From: an uncultured Candidatus Saccharibacteria bacterium
GTDB taxonomy: Bacteria; Patescibacteriota; Minisyncoccia; UBA6257; UBA9933
Direction: 5' to 3'
NCBI GenBank assembly: GCA_964642155.1
Contig: CAZXNT010000001.1
Location: 131,238-170,226 of the forward strand
DNA: 38,989 bases
The notes below the pieces were generated by a model. It was not told where the DNA came from and made no database searches. It was given only the letters and a program-made list of their open reading frames with translations. This document shows, piece after piece, positions 9,864-19,380 of the stretch (position 1 is the stretch's first letter; every line of letters begins with the position of its first letter). A program made the position numbers and the translations under genes.

Positions 9864-10029
9864 AAATTAACAAAAAGATTTCCTATCGCTTTCCACAAAT
9901 AATAAACAATTATTTAATGAATAAAAATTAAAATTAATCAGCGTTTATGGATTTATCCCCAACTTTCATACACACTACTAAAACTACTATTTTAATTTAT
10001 ATATTTATTATTATAGTTATAAAACTAAA
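9864..10029. other. Putative oriC unwinding region
   Basis: dnaA-dnaN spacer with DnaA-box-like CTTTCCACA (9889), TTATCCCCA (9953), TCATACACA (9966), then CTACTA trio-like repeats and an AT-rich tract; gene orientation largely flips near dnaA. Confidence 0.7.
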
Positions 10030-11151
10030 ATGAAATTAATTATTCTTAAAAAAAATTTAAAAGATGGTTTAAAATCTATTGAAAAAATTTGTGCGGAAAA
10101 TCAATCATTACCGATTCTTAAAAATTTTTTAATAGAATCTTTTGATAATAAAATAAAACTGGCGGCCACTAATTTAGAATTAGCAATTACCACTTTTATT
10201 TCCGGAAAAATTATTGAAAACGGAAGTATTACAATTCCCTTAAATATTTTTAATTCAATTATTAATAATCTTCAGGTTGAAAAAATTAATTTGGAATTAA
10301 AAAAAGATAAATTAATAATTAAAACAGATAATTATCAAGCGGAAATTCAAGGTATTAAAAAAGAGGAATTTCCAATAATTCCCAAAATAGAAAACAATAA
10401 ACAATATATCCAAATTAAAAATTCTTTATTAAAAGAAGCGTTGATTTCCGTGGTTAATTCCGTCACAACCGACAACCGTCCGGAATTGAGCGGAATTTTA
10501 TTTGATTATCAAACAACTTTATTAAAATTGGCGGCGACGGATACATTTAGGCTTTCCGAAAAAACAATTAATAACAACCAATTTGAATCAAGTTTTAGTA
10601 AAAATTTTAAAATTATCATTCCTTTAAAAACCATTCAAGAAGTTATTAAAGAAATTCAAATAAACGACGAGCAAAAAACGGAAATTTATATTGATTCCAA
10701 TCAAATTTTATTTAAAACGGAAAACACAGAAATAATTTCCCGGCTGATTAATGGGGAATTTCCCGATTATCAGCAAATTATCCCCAAAAACATTGAAGCG
10801 GAAATGATTTTAAACGCGGAAGAACTTATTAATGCCGTTAAATTAAACAGCATTTTCAGCGACCGTTTTAATGAAATAAAAATTATTATTAATAAGGACG
10901 CCAAAAATATTGAAGTTTTTTCCGTTAGCCAAAGCGTGGGAGAAAATAAATATCTTGTGCCGGCAAAAATCCAAAAAATGGCGGAAAGCCAAATGGAAAT
11001 TTCTTTTAATTGGCGGTTTCTCTTAGACGGATTAAAAAATGTAAAATCGGAAAATGTTTTTTTAGGCTTAAGCGATTTAAATAAGCCGGCAATTATAAAA
11101 TCTTCCCAAGATGAATCTTGGTTTTATATCTTAATGCCAATTAAGAACTAG
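10030..11151 (+). CDS. dnaN: DNA polymerase III beta clamp
   Basis: LPIL, ATNLE, RPELSG, ATDTFRL, SRLINGEFPDY, LMPI; follows dnaA. Confidence 0.96.
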   Translation: MKLIILKKNLKDGLKSIEKICAENQSLPILKNFLIESFDNKIKLAATNLELAITTFISGKIIENGSITIPLNIFNSIINNLQVEKINLELKKDKLIIKTDNYQAEIQGIKKEEFPIIPKIENNKQYIQIKNSLLKEALISVVNSVTTDNRPELSGILFDYQTTLLKLAATDTFRLSEKTINNNQFESSFSKNFKIIIPLKTIQEVIKEIQINDEQKTEIYIDSNQILFKTENTEIISRLINGEFPDYQQIIPKNIEAEMILNAEELINAVKLNSIFSDRFNEIKIIINKDAKNIEVFSVSQSVGENKYLVPAKIQKMAESQMEISFNWRFLLDGLKNVKSENVFLGLSDLNKPAIIKSSQDESWFYILMPIKN

Positions 11152-13271
11152 CTACTCCCTTGCCACCAGCGTTGGGAGGAGATTTCCCAATTTATAAATT
11201 GCGGGTCGTTGTTGGGATTTTGCGGAATTGGTCCGAGCGGGTCGTTTTTATCAACATAGTAAAGAATGTCGTTAATAATTCCATTAATGTAATATTGGCC
11301 ATTAATCATCGGTTTTGCGATTTCCGAAAGGTTAATTTCCGGCGGTTTATTAAAAGTTTCAACCGGATATTTCAGTAAAGCTTCTTTCATAAAAGCGTTC
11401 CAAATCGGGAGAGCCGCCAAGATGCTGCCGGCGTTTTTTTCCATCGGCTCTTGATGGTTATTTCCGGCCCAGACGCCAACCGCGAGATATGGCGCGTAGC
11501 CCATTGTCCAGGCGTCCCGATAATCATTAGTGGTTCCGGTTTTCATGGCAACTTGCCGGTCTTCAAAAACCGTTAATCCGAAACTTCCGCTGTAAAGCGG
11601 GCGCCGGGCATCTTCATCAGAAAGAATGTCATTAAGCATCTGGACGTATTGCGGCTCAAAAACTTGAACAGCTTGGTCGGAAGAAGATTCAATAATATTT
11701 TCTTTTAAGTCTTTTATTTTCAAAACGATTTTTTGATTATGCCTTATTCCGTCTTGGCTAAAAACAGAATAAGCGTTGACTAAATCAATCAGCTTAACTT
11801 CTCCGCCGCCCAATACCAAAGACAATCCATAAAAATTAGGGTCTCTTAATGTGGTGATACCCGCGTCTTTCGCCGTTTTAATAGTATTTTCAAGGCCGGC
11901 CAAATAAAGAATTTTTACTGCCGGAATATTAATTGATTGCGCGAGCGCGTTGCGGAAATTTATCGGTCCGCGGAAATAATGGTCAAAATTCTGAGGATGA
12001 TAGCAATCTTTGTCTTCATTGGAAAAATTTACAATTGCCGGGCATTTGGGGTTATTCGGAACGAATTCGGTCGGAGCGTCAAAAATAACGGTTTCCGGCA
12101 AATATCCTTTTCCAAAAGCGGTTAAATAAGCAAATGGCTTAAAAGCCGAGCCGGGCTGCCTAAGCCCTTGAACTGCCACATTGAAATTTCCTTCGTTTTT
12201 AGAGTCAAAATAATCCCGTGAACCGACCAAGGCGATAATTTCTCCGGTCTTGGGGTCTTGAGCGACCAAAGCGGCATTTTTGCCTTTATATAATTCCTCG
12301 TTGCGGGCAGCGCCTTCCGAAATAACCCGTTCGGCGATTTTTTGTGTTTCATAATCAAGCGTGGTAATGATTTTTAATCCGCCTTTTTCCAAAAAATCTT
12401 CGCCGTATTTATTCGCCAAATAATCTTTAACCATCATTATAAAATGGGGTGCTTTTATGGAGCCCAACGTGGGTTCGGAAAATTTGAAAGAAAATTTTCT
12501 TGCCCGTTCAAATTCTTCATCGTCAATAAACCCCAAATCAAGCATTTGCCTTAAAACGTAATCTTTACGTTGCAATAGTTCTTCTTTGTGTATTCCCCAT
12601 GGTGAATAATAAGTCGGCGCCTTCGGTAAACTTGCCAATAGCGCGGCTTCGGCTAGATTAAGTTCTTTGGCGGATTTACTGAAATAAATTTGGCTGGCCG
12701 ATTCAATTCCATAAGCGTTTGAACCGTAAGGAATCTGATTAAAATAAAGATTGAGAATTTCGTCTTTGGAATAACGCTGTTCTATCCAATAAGCTAAAAT
12801 TAATTCTTTAACTTTTCTTTCAATAGTTCTTTCCGACGTTAAAAAAGCGTTTTTTGCCAATTGCTGGGTGATAGTTGACCCGCCGCGGGCGCGGTCTCTT
12901 TGACCGGTTAACGGCTCAATAATCACGCCTTTTATTATGGAAGCGATGCTGAACCCCGCGTGGCTGTAAAAATTTTTATCTTCAATGCTGATGGTGGCCT
13001 TTTTGACATATTCGGGAATTTCTTCAAACGGGACCACAGTCCTTTTTTCTTCATTGTAAATTTCATAAAGTAAAACTTTTCCGGTGCGGTCGTAAATTTT
13101 GCTTGATTGGGAAACTTGGCGACTGCTGAATTGTTTCGGGTCGGGCAGTCCTCTCGCTATTTCAGAAATTTTAGTTATTGTCCAAAAACCCGCTCCTAAA
13201 ATAATCAGCAATAAAACAGCAGATGTTTTCAGCAAGATTTTTTTATTTTTTAATTTCAATTTTTTTGGCAT
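11148..13271 (-). CDS. Class A penicillin-binding protein (PBP1A family)
   Basis: EDKNFY, GGSTITQQL, RKVKE, SAFK, SIN and KTGT motifs. Confidence 0.93.
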   Translation of the reverse strand: MPKKLKLKNKKILLKTSAVLLLIILGAGFWTITKISEIARGLPDPKQFSSRQVSQSSKIYDRTGKVLLYEIYNEEKRTVVPFEEIPEYVKKATISIEDKNFYSHAGFSIASIIKGVIIEPLTGQRDRARGGSTITQQLAKNAFLTSERTIERKVKELILAYWIEQRYSKDEILNLYFNQIPYGSNAYGIESASQIYFSKSAKELNLAEAALLASLPKAPTYYSPWGIHKEELLQRKDYVLRQMLDLGFIDDEEFERARKFSFKFSEPTLGSIKAPHFIMMVKDYLANKYGEDFLEKGGLKIITTLDYETQKIAERVISEGAARNEELYKGKNAALVAQDPKTGEIIALVGSRDYFDSKNEGNFNVAVQGLRQPGSAFKPFAYLTAFGKGYLPETVIFDAPTEFVPNNPKCPAIVNFSNEDKDCYHPQNFDHYFRGPINFRNALAQSINIPAVKILYLAGLENTIKTAKDAGITTLRDPNFYGLSLVLGGGEVKLIDLVNAYSVFSQDGIRHNQKIVLKIKDLKENIIESSSDQAVQVFEPQYVQMLNDILSDEDARRPLYSGSFGLTVFEDRQVAMKTGTTNDYRDAWTMGYAPYLAVGVWAGNNHQEPMEKNAGSILAALPIWNAFMKEALLKYPVETFNKPPEINLSEIAKPMINGQYYINGIINDILYYVDKNDPLGPIPQNPNNDPQFINWEISSQRWWQGSS

Positions 13272-13306
13272 ATTCAGCGATTATTATAAGTCTAATAAAT
13301 TAAAAC

Positions 13307-13337
13307 TAAAAGCCGCCTTAAATAAAAGCGGCTTTTA
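13307..13337 (-). terminator. Intrinsic terminator-like hairpin
   Basis: TAAAAGCCGC...GCGGCTTTTA just past the stop of 13341-13535. Confidence 0.6.
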
Positions 13338-13340
13338 ATT

Positions 13341-13535
13341 TTACCTAACCCAATCTTCGTCATTGTCTCCGGCTGTTTCCACGGGAGATTCTTCTTCATC
13401 CAATTTTCCGTCTATGTCGCAACCCGGGCAAATTCCGCCTTCCAAATCAGAACCACATTCCGGGCAAACGTTATCGTCTTTATCATCCACTTGGTTTGTC
13501 AAAGTGGATGTTTTTAATGATTCTATTGTTGCCAT
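13341..13535 (-). CDS. Small acidic zinc-ribbon protein
   Basis: CPECG..CPGC, downstream of ruvC, followed by a hairpin. Confidence 0.6.
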   Translation of the reverse strand: MATIESLKTSTLTNQVDDKDDNVCPECGSDLEGGICPGCDIDGKLDEEESPVETAGDNDEDWVR

Positions 13536-13564
13536 TTGCTTAAAAGAATTTTTTGCGACCTTTA

Positions 13565-14038
13565 TTATTTAAAATTAATATAATGCGCTCCGGTTATTGC
13601 CGTGGCAATCGCGTCAGTAACGTCGTCTATTCCTTTAATTTTCGGAACTTTCAGGATTTGGGCGACCATTTTAGCAACCGCTTTTTTATCCGCCCGTCCA
13701 TAGCCGGTAACGGCTATTTTTATTTCGGACGGCGAAAATTCCAGTAAGGGTATTTTGTATTTAACAGTTAATAATGTCAAGACCCCGCGCGACTGCGCCA
13801 CTTCCAGCGCGGTTTTAAGGTTTTTCATAAAAAATAATTTTTCCAGAACAACCAGTTCGGGTTTGGTTTTTTTAATCAACTTGGAAAAATCTTTTTCTAA
13901 TTCCAAGAGCCGCTGTTGTTTGTCGTGACTTTTAATTTTTAATAAGCCGCTTTTAACAAGCGTGAGTTCGTTTTTATTTTTTTCAATTAACCCGTAGCCG
14001 ACGCGCACCGAGCCCGGGTCAAGTCCGAGAATCAACAT
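13565..14038 (-). CDS. ruvC: Holliday junction resolvase
   Basis: ILGLDPG, LEKLFF, GYGRADK, DDVTDAIATA; start at ATG 14038. Confidence 0.95.
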   Translation of the reverse strand: MLILGLDPGSVRVGYGLIEKNKNELTLVKSGLLKIKSHDKQQRLLELEKDFSKLIKKTKPELVVLEKLFFMKNLKTALEVAQSRGVLTLLTVKYKIPLLEFSPSEIKIAVTGYGRADKKAVAKMVAQILKVPKIKGIDDVTDAIATAITGAHYINFK

Positions 14039-14046
14039 TGTTAAAA

Positions 14047-14081
14047 TAGTAAGCAGGAATTGGTAATTAGTAAATAGGATA
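14047..14081. repeat. Solo arm of the YAGKAAN 7-bp array
   Basis: TAGTAAG CAGGAAT TGGTAAT TAGTAAA TAGGATA. Confidence 0.75.
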
Positions 14082-14130
14082 TCGCCGCAAAATATTGACA
14101 AAAATATTTTATTATTGGTATATTTAAATT

Positions 14131-14322
14131 ATGGCTACAACCGCTTTTCATGCGAAAACAATATCGCAACAAAAAAATAACATTGAACAGCTTAGAAAAA
14201 AAGCCGCTTTTTGGGATGAGTTTGTTGAATTTATGGAAGACAAATTTTTCGGCAGCCTTATGGAATCAACCGAGAAAGAAAAAAACATACCCTTATCTAA
14301 GGCTAAAAAAATGCTGCGTTAA
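14131..14322 (+). CDS. Putative antitoxin
   Basis: 63 aa, directly upstream of RelE-like gene; TTGACA promoter at 14095. Confidence 0.6.
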   Translation: MATTAFHAKTISQQKNNIEQLRKKAAFWDEFVEFMEDKFFGSLMESTEKEKNIPLSKAKKMLR

Positions 14323-14325
14323 AAA

Positions 14326-14601
14326 ATGGATATTTCTTTTAAGCCGAGTTTTATCAAAGATTTTAAAGTATTACCCTCGGAAATAAAAATTGAAGTCCGC
14401 AAGATTTGTAGCGGCGTATTTCCAAGTTTGAAGAGCATATTTGATTTTAAGGATTATCCAATTAAAAATATTTCCGGATTCTCAAAATATTATCGCATTA
14501 AAATAGGCGATTATAGAATCGGCTTTAAAAAGGAAACAAGTTTTAGTGTGTGTTTTATGCGCGTAAAACACCGCAGGGATATTTATAAATTTTTTCCATA
14601 A
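14326..14601 (+). CDS. RelE/ParE family toxin
   Basis: F..SFIKDFK, YYRIKIGDYRIG, VKHRRDIY. Confidence 0.88.
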   Translation: MDISFKPSFIKDFKVLPSEIKIEVRKICSGVFPSLKSIFDFKDYPIKNISGFSKYYRIKIGDYRIGFKKETSFSVCFMRVKHRRDIYKFFP

Positions 14602-14674
14602 TAAGCTTAAGGCTACCCCTTCTTCTTTATTATAAGGGAAACCGCTAAATGTTTTTGCACATTACCTGTAAAAT

Positions 14675-14702
14675 TTGACAAAAAGATAATTTTGTGTATA
14701 CT
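14675..14702 (+). promoter_or_regulatory. Sigma70-type promoter
   Basis: TTGACA-16 bp-TATACT upstream of 14811. Confidence 0.6.
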
Positions 14703-14810
14703 AAAATTAGTAAATTAAAAACTGGCGAACTCTAAGTCTTGCATAGGGCAAGAATAAGGGCAAACCGCAACATGCGCCGCTAAAAGCGACCGCAAAAAGG
14801 AGGACTTGCA

Positions 14811-15464
14811 ATGGCAACCCTAGATCAGGCAACAAAAATTCTGGAAGTTTTCAAAGGTACGCCGACGGAACAGATTCAGGACATTCTCAGTTCCGGGCTT
14901 CTCGCGGATCTTCGCGATGCTAATATCGGCATCATCGATCGCAGTACATATCGTAAGATGTGTGGGCTTCCACCGAAAGAGTTTCTAACCTGGAAGATCA
15001 TTAACATCGGTACCGGCTTCAAGAACGCGGACGATTTCCGTGAGGCTATCAAAACGGAAGGGCACGATATCAGCGACTGGGCCAATGACATCATCGGCAA
15101 GCCCGCTTTTTCAGTAAGCGCCGACGAAAAGAAAGAAATAGAACTGGTAAGGGTAACCGTCGCCGAACTTGGCTTCAAAAACGGAGCTACTCTGAAAAAC
15201 ATCTACGCCAGAGCAAACGAGCTCGGCCTGGATCTTTGTCCGAACGAAGTCGGGCCCCAGCTTCGCCTTCAGTACAAGGATCAGCCCAAAGGCGAGCGGA
15301 TCAGGATTGCCATGGATCCCATTAAGGATTCTGGCGGCGTTCCGGACGTGTTCGACGTTGCGCGCGGCGTTGGCGGTGAGTCTTGGCTCGACACGACGCG
15401 CTATGATAACCCCGGCAATGTCTGGAACTCTGACGGTGTGTGGGTCTTTGCTCGGCGCAAGTAA
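14811..15464 (+). CDS. Hypothetical protein resembling DGR variable proteins (C-type-lectin-like C-terminus)
   Basis: AGGAGG RBS; GLDLCP.EVGPQLRLQY and C-terminal VF.V.R....WL.......P...W.....WVF pattern. Confidence 0.65.
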   Translation: MATLDQATKILEVFKGTPTEQIQDILSSGLLADLRDANIGIIDRSTYRKMCGLPPKEFLTWKIINIGTGFKNADDFREAIKTEGHDISDWANDIIGKPAFSVSADEKKEIELVRVTVAELGFKNGATLKNIYARANELGLDLCPNEVGPQLRLQYKDQPKGERIRIAMDPIKDSGGVPDVFDVARGVGGESWLDTTRYDNPGNVWNSDGVWVFARRK

Positions 15465-15518
15465 AAACTTGGAACTTGGGATTCTATAAACTATTTGGAA
15501 TCTCGGTTCCTTAATCCT

Positions 15519-15551
15519 TCCCTCCAGTGTATTCACCGGAGGGATTTTTTT
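15519..15551 (+). terminator. Hairpin with T-tract
   Basis: TCCCTCC-AGTG..CACC-GGAGGGA followed by T7. Confidence 0.7.
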
Positions 15552-15620
15552 ATGGAAAAATATTTATATTGGCGCGTAGTTGAGAGTTTTTTAAAAATGA
15601 TTTACAATTTATTAATTAAA

Positions 15621-17696
15621 ATGGCTCGCAAAAAAAATAAAAAATCAGAGAGTGTTAAAAAGGAAAAATTTTCCGGCCAACAGGAAGAATTTCGCCTTCA
15701 TCACGAAACTAAAAAAAGCGTTTGGGCGGTGATTTATGGCTGCATCGGCGCTCTTTTAATATTGGCGCGCTTGAGCGCCGCAGGGCCGGTAGGCAAATTT
15801 TTTTACGGCATTTTTGAAACTCTTTTCGGCTGGGGTTATTATCTTCTGCCGTTGATTTTCTTTATGATGGCGGGCGCGTTTTTAATTTCCGAACGCCGCC
15901 GGATTTACATTATTACTTTTATCGGCGCGGCTTTGTTTATTTTTTCCGGCCTCGGGTTGATAGACATTCTTTTCCCCAACAAAGGAGGAATTGTCGGCAT
16001 GGCCGTCGGTTCGTTGGAAAACCTTTTCGGCTATGTGGGAGTATTGGTGATTGTTGTGGCAACCATCATCGTCTCAATTTTAATTATTTTTAATGTCCCG
16101 ATTAAAATTAAGCGGCAAAAACCGGAAATTAAGGCTGAGCCGGCCACAGCGGTTGAACCCGCCTTCACCGAAGTTTCCGCCGACGCTAAAGCTTTGGCGG
16201 ACAAGTCGGCGAACATTGATGATGTTGTGGTGGCGGAAGCGGCGGCGGAACCGAAGCCGATGAAAAAGAAAAACGCTTCTTTTAAATCATCCGCGTCGGT
16301 TGATTATGTTTTTCCGCCGTTAGAACTTTTACGTTCATCGGTTGAGAAGCCGACCGTCGGCGACCTCCGCGCCAGCGCTAACATTATTAAAAGAACATTG
16401 GAAAGTTTCGGCATACCGGTGGAAATGGGAGAAATTAATATTGGTCCTAAAGTCACCCGCTATACGTTAAAGCCGGCCGAAGGAATGAAAATTTCAAGAA
16501 TAACGGCACTTTCCCAAGACTTAGCTTTGGCTTTAGCGGCTCATCCAATAAGAATAGAAGCGCCGATTCCTGGCAAGTCTTTGGTTGGCATTGAAGTTCC
16601 GAATAAGGTCGCGGCCGTGGTGCGACTGGGTAGTTTAATGCATTATCCCGATTTTAACGAATCCGGACTTTTAGGAATGGTTTTAGGCAGGGATGTGAGC
16701 GGTGAGCCGATATTCGCCAATATTGAAAAAATGCCTCATCTTTTGGTTGCCGGCAGCACGGGTAGCGGAAAATCAATCGCGTTGCATTCTTTGATAATTT
16801 CCCTTCTTTATAAAAACTCTCCACAAACTTTAAAAATGATTTTAATTGACCCGAAGCGCGTCGAACTTTCCGCTTACGACGGCTTACCGCATTTGATTTC
16901 TCCGGTTGTTACTCAGACAAAAAAAGCAGCCAATGTTTTCCGCTGGGCGCTTGGCGAGATGGACAAGCGTTACGAAATTTTAATGAAGTCCGGTTCGCGC
17001 GACATCAACAGTTATAATAAAAAGTATCCCAACGAAGCAATGTTTTATATTTTGATAATTATTGATGAACTGGCTGATTTGATGGCGACTTATGGCAGGG
17101 AAGTTGAAGGCGCGATTGTGCGTTTGGCGCAAATGGCGCGAGCGACCGGCCTTCATTTAATTGTTTCCACTCAACGTCCGTCGGTTGAAGTAATCACTGG
17201 ATTGATTAAAGCGAATATTACCTCGCGCGTGGCTTTACAGGTCGCCTCGCAGATTGACTCGCGCACCATATTGGATTCAGCCGGAGCGGAAAAACTTCTT
17301 GGTGGCGGAGATATGCTTTTTATTTCCTCAGAACTTTCAAAACCGAAACGCATTCAAGGGGCTTATGTCTCAGAGGAAGAAATCAAGAAAGTCGCCGAAT
17401 TTATAAGAGAAAATAATTCTGGTATTAAAAGTGAAGAGGTGACGTTTGAAAATGGGAAAAATGAAAATAATGGGGATGGTGATGTTTTTGACGGGTATAA
17501 TAATTTTGATGAAGATGATGAATTATATGACGAGGCGGTTGAAGTTGTGAGAGCGGCCGGCAAGGCATCGGCTTCTCTTTTACAGCGCCGTTTGAAAGTC
17601 GGGTACGCGCGCGCCGCGCGCTTACTTGATATAATGGAAGCAAAAGGAATTATTGGGCCCGGAGACGGAGCCAAGCCGAGGGAAATTTATTTATAA
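15621..17696 (+). CDS. ftsK: DNA translocase FtsK
   Basis: N-terminal TMs, RIEAPIPGK, MPHLLVAGSTGSGKS, IDELADLM, TQRPS, SLLQRRLKVGYARAAR. Confidence 0.96.
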   Translation: MARKKNKKSESVKKEKFSGQQEEFRLHHETKKSVWAVIYGCIGALLILARLSAAGPVGKFFYGIFETLFGWGYYLLPLIFFMMAGAFLISERRRIYIITFIGAALFIFSGLGLIDILFPNKGGIVGMAVGSLENLFGYVGVLVIVVATIIVSILIIFNVPIKIKRQKPEIKAEPATAVEPAFTEVSADAKALADKSANIDDVVVAEAAAEPKPMKKKNASFKSSASVDYVFPPLELLRSSVEKPTVGDLRASANIIKRTLESFGIPVEMGEINIGPKVTRYTLKPAEGMKISRITALSQDLALALAAHPIRIEAPIPGKSLVGIEVPNKVAAVVRLGSLMHYPDFNESGLLGMVLGRDVSGEPIFANIEKMPHLLVAGSTGSGKSIALHSLIISLLYKNSPQTLKMILIDPKRVELSAYDGLPHLISPVVTQTKKAANVFRWALGEMDKRYEILMKSGSRDINSYNKKYPNEAMFYILIIIDELADLMATYGREVEGAIVRLAQMARATGLHLIVSTQRPSVEVITGLIKANITSRVALQVASQIDSRTILDSAGAEKLLGGGDMLFISSELSKPKRIQGAYVSEEEIKKVAEFIRENNSGIKSEEVTFENGKNENNGDGDVFDGYNNFDEDDELYDEAVEVVRAAGKASASLLQRRLKVGYARAARLLDIMEAKGIIGPGDGAKPREIYL

Positions 17697-17697
17697 T

Positions 17698-18330
17698 ATG
17701 AGTGACAAAAAAACATTTCAAGAATTATTTAGCGAAGCCGTTAGTTTGCGCGGTTTGAATTTGGAAAGATTGGCTGAAATGACGGGTGTGTCCAAAGATT
17801 ATTTGGCGGCTTTTATTTCCGGCGATTTTAAAAAAATGCCTTCGCTTCCTTATGCCCGCGGCTATCTGATGAAGATTTCTGAAATTTTAGGAATCAACGG
17901 TGATTATTTATGGAGCGTTTATAAAGAGGAAGCAATCCTTAATATTAAAAAAAGCGACCGATTGCCGGTTAATAGATTTGCTCCCAAGAGAAAAAACAAA
18001 AAAATAATTTCAATCGCAATTATTTTATTTTTTGTTATAATTTATTTAGTATTTAATATCGACGATTTGCTTGGCATCCCCGAGATAAAAATAAATCGGC
18101 CGGCGAATAGTGGCGAAATAACGAACGAACAATCCATAAAATTAAACGGAGAAATTAGCGACTTTTTTGATAAGCTAACAATCAATGGCGATGAAATCCC
18201 CGTTGAAAAAAATGGAAAATTTGAAAAAGAATATCAACTCCAGCCGGGCGCGAATAAAATAGAATTCAAGGTTAAAAGATTTTTAGGCAAAGAAATAAAA
18301 GTCGAAAGAGAAATAATATATATAAATTAA
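17698..18330 (+). CDS. RodZ-like HTH membrane protein with Ig-like C-terminus
   Basis: HTH with YARGYL, one [10 protein letters not shown]; ftsK-rodZ-recA context. Confidence 0.75.
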   Translation: MSDKKTFQELFSEAVSLRGLNLERLAEMTGVSKDYLAAFISGDFKKMPSLPYARGYLMKISEILGINGDYLWSVYKEEAILNIKKSDRLPVNRFAPKRKNKKIISIAIILFFVIIYLVFNIDDLLGIPEIKINRPANSGEITNEQSIKLNGEISDFFDKLTINGDEIPVEKNGKFEKEYQLQPGANKIEFKVKRFLGKEIKVEREIIYIN

Positions 18331-18335
18331 TTTTT

Positions 18336-19352
18336 ATGGCAAAAAAAGACGAACAAAAAAACGATTTGGATAATCTTCTTAAATCTCTTCAAGAAAAATT
18401 CGGCGAAGGCGCGGTGATGAAACTGGGCGATATAAAAAGAGTTGACGTGGCGGTTGTTCCAACCGGCTCTTATTCTCTTGATATGGCATTGGGAGTCGGT
18501 GGTTTTCCAAGGGGCAGGATTATTGAAATTTTCGGTCCGGAAAGTTCCGGTAAAACCACTCTCGCGCTTCACGCGGTTGCCGAAGCTCAGAAAGCCGGCG
18601 GCAAAGCGGCTTTTATTGACGCGGAGCATGCTATGGACCCGGAATACGCGAAAAAAATAGGCGTGAAAACCAATGAGCTTATTATTTCCCAGCCGGATTC
18701 GGGCGAAGAGGCGTTGAATATTTTGGAAAGCTTGGTGCGTTCGGGAATAATTGACATTATTGTTATTGATTCTGTTGCCGCGCTTACGCCGAAAATTGAA
18801 ATTGAAGGCGAAATGGGCGCGCAATATATCGGGCTTCAGGCAAGAATGATGTCGCAGGCCTTGCGAAAACTCACGGCGATTTCCGCCAAATCAAACACTT
18901 TAATTATTTTTATAAACCAATTACGCGATAAAATCGGAATGATGGGGTATGGCGATCCGACCACCACTCCGGGCGGCCGGGCTTTGAAATTTTACGCTTC
19001 AGTGAGAATAGATATTCGTCGCATCGCGCAAATTAAAAAAGGCGAAGACTCTGTCGGTAACCGCGTCAAGGCGAAGGTGGCGAAAAATAAAGTGGCGCCG
19101 CCGTTTAAAGTCGCGGAATTTGATATTATGTTCGGCGAAGGCATATCATACGCGGGCGATATTTTAAACTGCGCGATTAAGGCGGGCGTTGTAAGCAAGG
19201 CGGGGAACACTTATAGTTTTTCCGCCGAAGGCGGATCCGCCTCTGGCGGAGAAGCCATAAAGCTGGGAGTGGGGATGGAAGCGGCGCGGGAAAAATTAAA
19301 AGAAGACAAGCAACTACTTAACAAAATCAAGAAAGCGCTTCAAGGGAAATAA
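18336..19352 (+). CDS. recA: Recombinase A (with 10-aa insert)
   Basis: [37 protein letters not shown]. Confidence 0.98.
   Translation: MAKKDEQKNDLDNLLKSLQEKFGEGAVMKLGDIKRVDVAVVPTGSYSLDMALGVGGFPRGRIIEIFGPESSGKTTLALHAVAEAQKAGGKAAFIDAEHAMDPEYAKKIGVKTNELIISQPDSGEEALNILESLVRSGIIDIIVIDSVAALTPKIEIEGEMGAQYIGLQARMMSQALRKLTAISAKSNTLIIFINQLRDKIGMMGYGDPTTTPGGRALKFYASVRIDIRRIAQIKKGEDSVGNRVKAKVAKNKVAPPFKVAEFDIMFGEGISYAGDILNCAIKAGVVSKAGNTYSFSAEGGSASGGEAIKLGVGMEAAREKLKEDKQLLNKIKKALQGK
19221..19250. repeat. 30-bp twin-hairpin insert in recA
   Basis: TCCGCC GAA GGCGGA + TCCGCC TCT GGCGGA, encoding [10 protein letters not shown]. Confidence 0.9.
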
Positions 19353-19380
19353 TATTATTTTCAGATTTCGCTTACATTTC

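Noticed and set aside
14755-14800. c-di-GMP-I riboswitch (AAGGGCAAACC)
   Set aside because: Only the 5' motif matches; GAAA tetraloop stem and second hairpin are missing
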